Shown here one piece after another: positions 28,668 through 32,714 of a stretch of DNA of 32,714 nucleotides (positions are counted from its first letter, which is position 1; each line of letters begins with the position of its first letter). The notes under the pieces were generated by a model. The model was not told the DNA's origin. It did not search any database and saw only the letters and a program-made list of their open reading frames with translations. This DNA comes from Eledone cirrhosa (lineage: Eukaryota), in contig CAXHJY010001728.1 in assembly GCA_964016885.1 (NCBI GenBank), positions 1 through 32,714 of the forward strand, read 5' to 3'. The position numbers were made by a program, and so were the translations under genes.

Positions 28668-31600
28668 GTGCTAAATACGTTTAGGTTTTTGGACGTATTT
28701 AACAGAACAAATTTTGTATTTTTGTTAATCGCTTGTTACATGCATGGACCCCTATCAATCATTACCTTCTTGCTAGCTACCCAACACCCCTCCCTCCCAC
28801 CCCCACACACCACCATTGCTATTACGTGGACCAATCATAAAACAGAGCCCCCACGCATCACCAGTATTACTACGCGGACCAATCAGAAACCAGAGGCCTA
28901 TACTATCGCTTGCCTGGTTGCCTTTCGATATACGATATATGATGGATGGATGGACTGCGGAATCCTGGAGAGTGGAGGTGAGAGAGAAAAATCTGGACGC
29001 TCAGCGACAATGCCAAAGATAAAGACAAATTCACCCCTTGGACGAGAATGCGAGCACTCCTCATTGTTTCGACCGCGGACGGCTAACATAACCCCATCGC
29101 CCCCCGCCCCTCACCGCCCCCAACCCCCAAACGCAATCCAAAACTTCAGAGTTGGTACCATAAATGTAGGCACCCTAAAGGGTCGCGCTAACGAGGTTGT
29201 AGAAATGCTTGAACGTAAGGAGGTCGATGCTTGTTGTATTCAAGAGACCAGGTGGAGGGGTGGGTCTGCTAGGTTCATTGAGGGTAAAAAACGTTGTTAT
29301 AAGCTTTTCTGGGTGGGAAACGACGATGGGCTGGGTGGAGTAGGAATCATGGTAGCAGAAAAGTGGGCAGATAAGATAATAGACGTAAATAGAGTGAACG
29401 ACAGAATAATTAAAATACGACTTGTCCTCAATAGAACTACGGTGACAGTAATATCTGCGTACGCACCCCAATCCGGACTGCCCGGCACTATAAAAGACAG
29501 ATTCTATGAGACACTGATGCTAACTACCTCCCAAATATCCGACAGTGACTATATAATTATCGCAGGCGACCTAAATGGTCACGTTGGACAACATTGTGAC
29601 GGCTACGACGAAATCCATGGAGGCTATGGGTTTGGTACTAGAAATGAGGAAGGCTCCAGAATCCTGGAATTCTGTGATGCAAATAACCTAACTATCTGTA
29701 ACACTAACTTCAAAAAACGTGACAATCACCTGATCACCTATAGATCCGGGGAACACACAAGCCAGGTAGATTATATCCTTACCAGAAGACGTGACAGAGT
29801 GTCTGTTGTTAACACTAAATCCCTCCCCCATGAAGAATGCACCTCCCAACATAGACTGATAATTAGCGACCTCATAGTCAGGACGAGACGTACTCGACAA
29901 CAGAAGAGGACTATCCTCAGGAGGAAAATATGGAAGCTAAAGGACCCCACAGCCAGGAATAAATTTCAAAGCATATTACTTGATGCTTTCGACAGTAAGG
30001 AAGAACATTTAGAGTCGGACAATATAGAGGGAGAGTGGGAATTTCTGAAAGCAAACCTGCTGTTGGCGACAGACGAGGTCTGTGGCTGGAGCAGGCCTGT
30101 AGGCAGGAGGAGAGTAACATGGTGGTGGAACAGTAAGGTGGAGGGGTCAATTAAGGCCAAAAAGCAGGCTTGGAAAGTATGGCGGGATGGGGGAAGTAGA
30201 GAGGACTATCAAGTGGCCAGGAGGGAAGCTAGGAGACAAGTGTACTTAGCAAGAAGGGAAGCTGAGGAAAGAAAGTTCAAGCATGTTCTACAACGCGATG
30301 ACCAAAAACGTGAGGTGTTCAGGATTGCTAGGCAATGCGTCAAGGAAAACCGTGATATTGTCGGGGAGAAGTGTGTACTAAACGACGATGGCACACTTGC
30401 CATCACCGACGCTGATAAGAAGGTAGCTTGGAAGTGTCACTATGAAAGGCTTCTAAATGAGGAGAATAATTGGGAGAAAGGCAGTCTCCCCCATATCGAC
30501 CCAATAGAGGGACCAGCAGTGTTAGTCGAGGGGAGTATAATAAGTAAGGCAATCAAGGATATGAAGACTGGTAAGGCGGCTGGGCCTTCGGAAATAGTTG
30601 CTGAGATGCTGAAGGCATCTGGCACGGTGGGACACACCATGGTCACCCGCATAGTTAACCAAGTCGTACAGAACGGGGTTGTTCCGAAGGACTGGCATAG
30701 CAGCATCATCGTTAACTGTTATAAGGGTAAAGGAGACGCCCTAGATAGGAGTAACTATAGAGGCATTAAATTAATCGACCAGGTCATGAAGGTCACGGAA
30801 AGAGTAATAGCGCAACTAATCAGAGAGAGAATTGACCTAGATGAAATGCAGTTCGGGTTTGTGTCAGGCAAAAGTACCACAGACGCTCTTTTCATAGTAC
30901 GACAACTACAGGAGAAGTACCTAGCTAAAGGTAAACCCCTCTACTTAGCTTTTGTCGACTTGGAGAAAGCCTTCGACAGAGTCCCCCGCTCCATTATCTG
31001 GTGGGCTCTTAGAAAACTAGGCGTCGACGAATGGCTTGTGAGGGCTATACAAGCCATGTATAAAGAAACAGTCAGCAAGGTTAGAATTAACAACGAATAT
31101 AGTGAAGAGTTTAGCGTAAAAGTCGGCGTCCATCAGGGCTCTGTTCTCAGTCCACTACTATTTATTATTGCCCTTCAGGCTATAACAGAGGAGTTCAAGA
31201 CAGGCTGCCCATGGGAACTCCTATACGCAGACGACCTGACACTCATAGCGGAATCAATGGCCGAGCTAGAGAAGAAATTCCAAACATGGAAGCACGGCCT
31301 AGAGTCAAAAGGACTTAAAATTAACCTGGCTAAGACCAAAGTACTAGTTTGTAGGAAAGAAAACAAGGCGGCGGTCCCTTCTGGGAAATGGTCGTGCTCG
31401 GTGTGTAGGAAAGGCGTAGATAGAAACTCCATTTTATGTCCTAAATGCAAAGTATGGGTGCATAAAAGATGTAGTGGGATCACAGGTAAGCTAACTAAGA
31501 ACATAGATTTTACATGTGGCCGGTGCTCTGGTGCAATAAGTAGCAGCAAGTGCCCACAAACTACTAGCTCTTTCAATTGCGCAGAGGGTTCTATAGAAAT

Positions 31601-32180
31601 AGTGGACAGCTTCCGTTACCTGGGCGATAAAATCAGCAGTGGGGGAGGGTGCTCTGAAAGTACTGTAGCTAGAGTCAGAACTGGTTGGAAAAAGTTCAGA
31701 GAGCTTATACCACTATTAGCTGCTAAAGGGTTCTCACTAAAAATGAAAGGCAGGTTGTACGATGCCTGCATACGAACAGCAATGCTGCATGGCAGTGAGA
31801 CCTGGGCATTGTGTGCAGAGGATATACGCAGACTAGAGAGGAACGAAGCTTGCATGCTCCGCTGGATGTGTAACAGTAATATACGTGAACGGCAAAGCAT
31901 AAACGAACTAAGGAATAAATTAGAGATAAGAGGGATCAGATGTTGTTTACTCGAGAGAAGGCTACGTTGGTATGGACACGTGATGCGCATGAAAGTCGAT
32001 AGCTGTATAACAAAGTGCAGGGCAATAAAGATAGACGGTAGTCACGGAATAGGCAGACCTAGAAAAACCTGGGACGAGCTGATAAACTCCGACATCACAC
32101 ACTTACACCTCTCCAAGACAATGTCACTGGACCGAGACCTTTGGCGGTACTCAGTAACAGAGAAGACCCGCCTTACCTAA
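28668..32180 (+). CDS. RTE LINE polyprotein: AP endonuclease + reverse transcriptase with PHD-type finger
   Basis: APE motifs GTINV, IQETRW, SAYAPQ, GDLNGHVG, VDYIL, SQHRL (~29145-29865). RT motifs NYRGIKL, QFGF, FVDLEKAFD, QGSVLSP, YADD, FRYLG. True start uncertain: first in-frame ATG at 28740, another at 29010. Confidence 0.95.
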   Translation: MLNTFRFLDVFNRTNFVFLLIACYMHGPLSIITFLLATQHPSLPPPHTTIAITWTNHKTEPPRITSITTRTNQKPEAYTIACLVAFRYTIYDGWMDCGILESGGEREKSGRSATMPKIKTNSPLGRECEHSSLFRPRTANITPSPPAPHRPQPPNAIQNFRVGTINVGTLKGRANEVVEMLERKEVDACCIQETRWRGGSARFIEGKKRCYKLFWVGNDDGLGGVGIMVAEKWADKIIDVNRVNDRIIKIRLVLNRTTVTVISAYAPQSGLPGTIKDRFYETLMLTTSQISDSDYIIIAGDLNGHVGQHCDGYDEIHGGYGFGTRNEEGSRILEFCDANNLTICNTNFKKRDNHLITYRSGEHTSQVDYILTRRRDRVSVVNTKSLPHEECTSQHRLIISDLIVRTRRTRQQKRTILRRKIWKLKDPTARNKFQSILLDAFDSKEEHLESDNIEGEWEFLKANLLLATDEVCGWSRPVGRRRVTWWWNSKVEGSIKAKKQAWKVWRDGGSREDYQVARREARRQVYLARREAEERKFKHVLQRDDQKREVFRIARQCVKENRDIVGEKCVLNDDGTLAITDADKKVAWKCHYERLLNEENNWEKGSLPHIDPIEGPAVLVEGSIISKAIKDMKTGKAAGPSEIVAEMLKASGTVGHTMVTRIVNQVVQNGVVPKDWHSSIIVNCYKGKGDALDRSNYRGIKLIDQVMKVTERVIAQLIRERIDLDEMQFGFVSGKSTTDALFIVRQLQEKYLAKGKPLYLAFVDLEKAFDRVPRSIIWWALRKLGVDEWLVRAIQAMYKETVSKVRINNEYSEEFSVKVGVHQGSVLSPLLFIIALQAITEEFKTGCPWELLYADDLTLIAESMAELEKKFQTWKHGLESKGLKINLAKTKVLVCRKENKAAVPSGKWSCSVCRKGVDRNSILCPKCKVWVHKRCSGITGKLTKNIDFTCGRCSGAISSSKCPQTTSSFNCAEGSIEIVDSFRYLGDKISSGGGCSESTVARVRTGWKKFRELIPLLAAKGFSLKMKGRLYDACIRTAMLHGSETWALCAEDIRRLERNEACMLRWMCNSNIRERQSINELRNKLEIRGIRCCLLERRLRWYGHVMRMKVDSCITKCRAIKIDGSHGIGRPRKTWDELINSDITHLHLSKTMSLDRDLWRYSVTEKTRLT
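28810..28899 (+). promoter_or_regulatory. Imperfect 48-bp tandem duplication with two CCAAT boxes (candidate internal promoter)
   Basis: TACGTGGACCAATCA (CCAAT 28831) and TACGCGGACCAATCA (CCAAT 28879); CTATAAAT near 28447 follows a CT-rich tract. Confidence 0.35.
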
Positions 32181-32580
32181 ATATATAGTAAAACCTACTC
32201 CAGCCAGTAGGCATCTCTAACAAAATACACCCCGTCCCACCAAACCCCTACCCCCACCCGATCCACACCACCCCGTTCTATGTAAAGTTATGTTGGTGCC
32301 GCGCCATCGAGGCCGAAACAAATGAGATCGTGTAGGTGTCACGACAAAAAACACACAGTCCACGCTGTAATGTGGCCGTGTAGGCAACACGGTAAAAACC
32401 TCCCAGACCCACACTGTAAATGTGGTTGGTGTTAGGAAGGGCATCCAACTGTAGAAAACCTGCCAGACAGTCCTATGCGAGCAAGACAATCACTCTTGCC
32501 TCAAGTGGGACTACCCCCGTCCAAACCCATGCAAGCGTGGAACACGGACGTTAAACGTTGATGATGATGATGATGATGAT

Positions 32581-32625
32581 AATATATATATAATATATAT
32601 ATATATATAATATATATAATATATA

Positions 32626-32714
<89 letters not shown>
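32581..32714. repeat. (TA)n
   Basis: Direct reading. Confidence 0.97.

Larger units (their letters stand above)
28408..32580 (+). mobile_element. Apparently full-length RTE-clade LINE family 1
   Basis: Single uninterrupted APE+RT ORF, ~400-bp 3' UTR and (GAT)n tail, with (TA)n on both sides. The 5' boundary is inferred from the end of the TA tract. Confidence 0.92.

Noticed and set aside
29175-31990. Antisense ORFs within the RTE copies
   Set aside because: Shadow frames of the LINE coding strand.

Overview
This is a repeat-dominated eukaryotic (animal) window with no supportable host gene. The SINE types and very long (TA)n tracts resemble octopus/cephalopod DNA; that is inference from recalled repeat motifs, not a database result. 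About 45% is (TA)n-derived satellite, and nearly all YIYI-type ORFs are artefacts of it. The window holds one apparently intact RTE-clade LINE (~28408-32580; APE endonuclease plus RT with an internal PHD-type C4HC3 finger) and seven 5'-truncated RTE copies from about four families, most of them inside or abutting (TA)n. It also holds two tRNA-derived SINE families, piggyBac- and Tc1/mariner-type MITEs, and a U6 3'-half fused to a retroposon-like tail. The main finding is a set of non-coding elements carrying type I hammerhead ribozymes, invisible in the ORF track. (i) A near-identical 595/597-bp tandem dimer (26259-27462) has one hammerhead per unit, with a compensatory U3-A8 core and a branched stem II; it is predicted to release a 597-nt retrozyme-like monomer or circRNA. 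(ii) A 153-bp-arm palindrome (23798-24118) carries a hammerhead on each strand, and a sister fragment (19588-19771) ends near the predicted cleavage site. (iii) Two further degenerate hammerheads are present. All folds were read by eye and need computational and biochemical confirmation.
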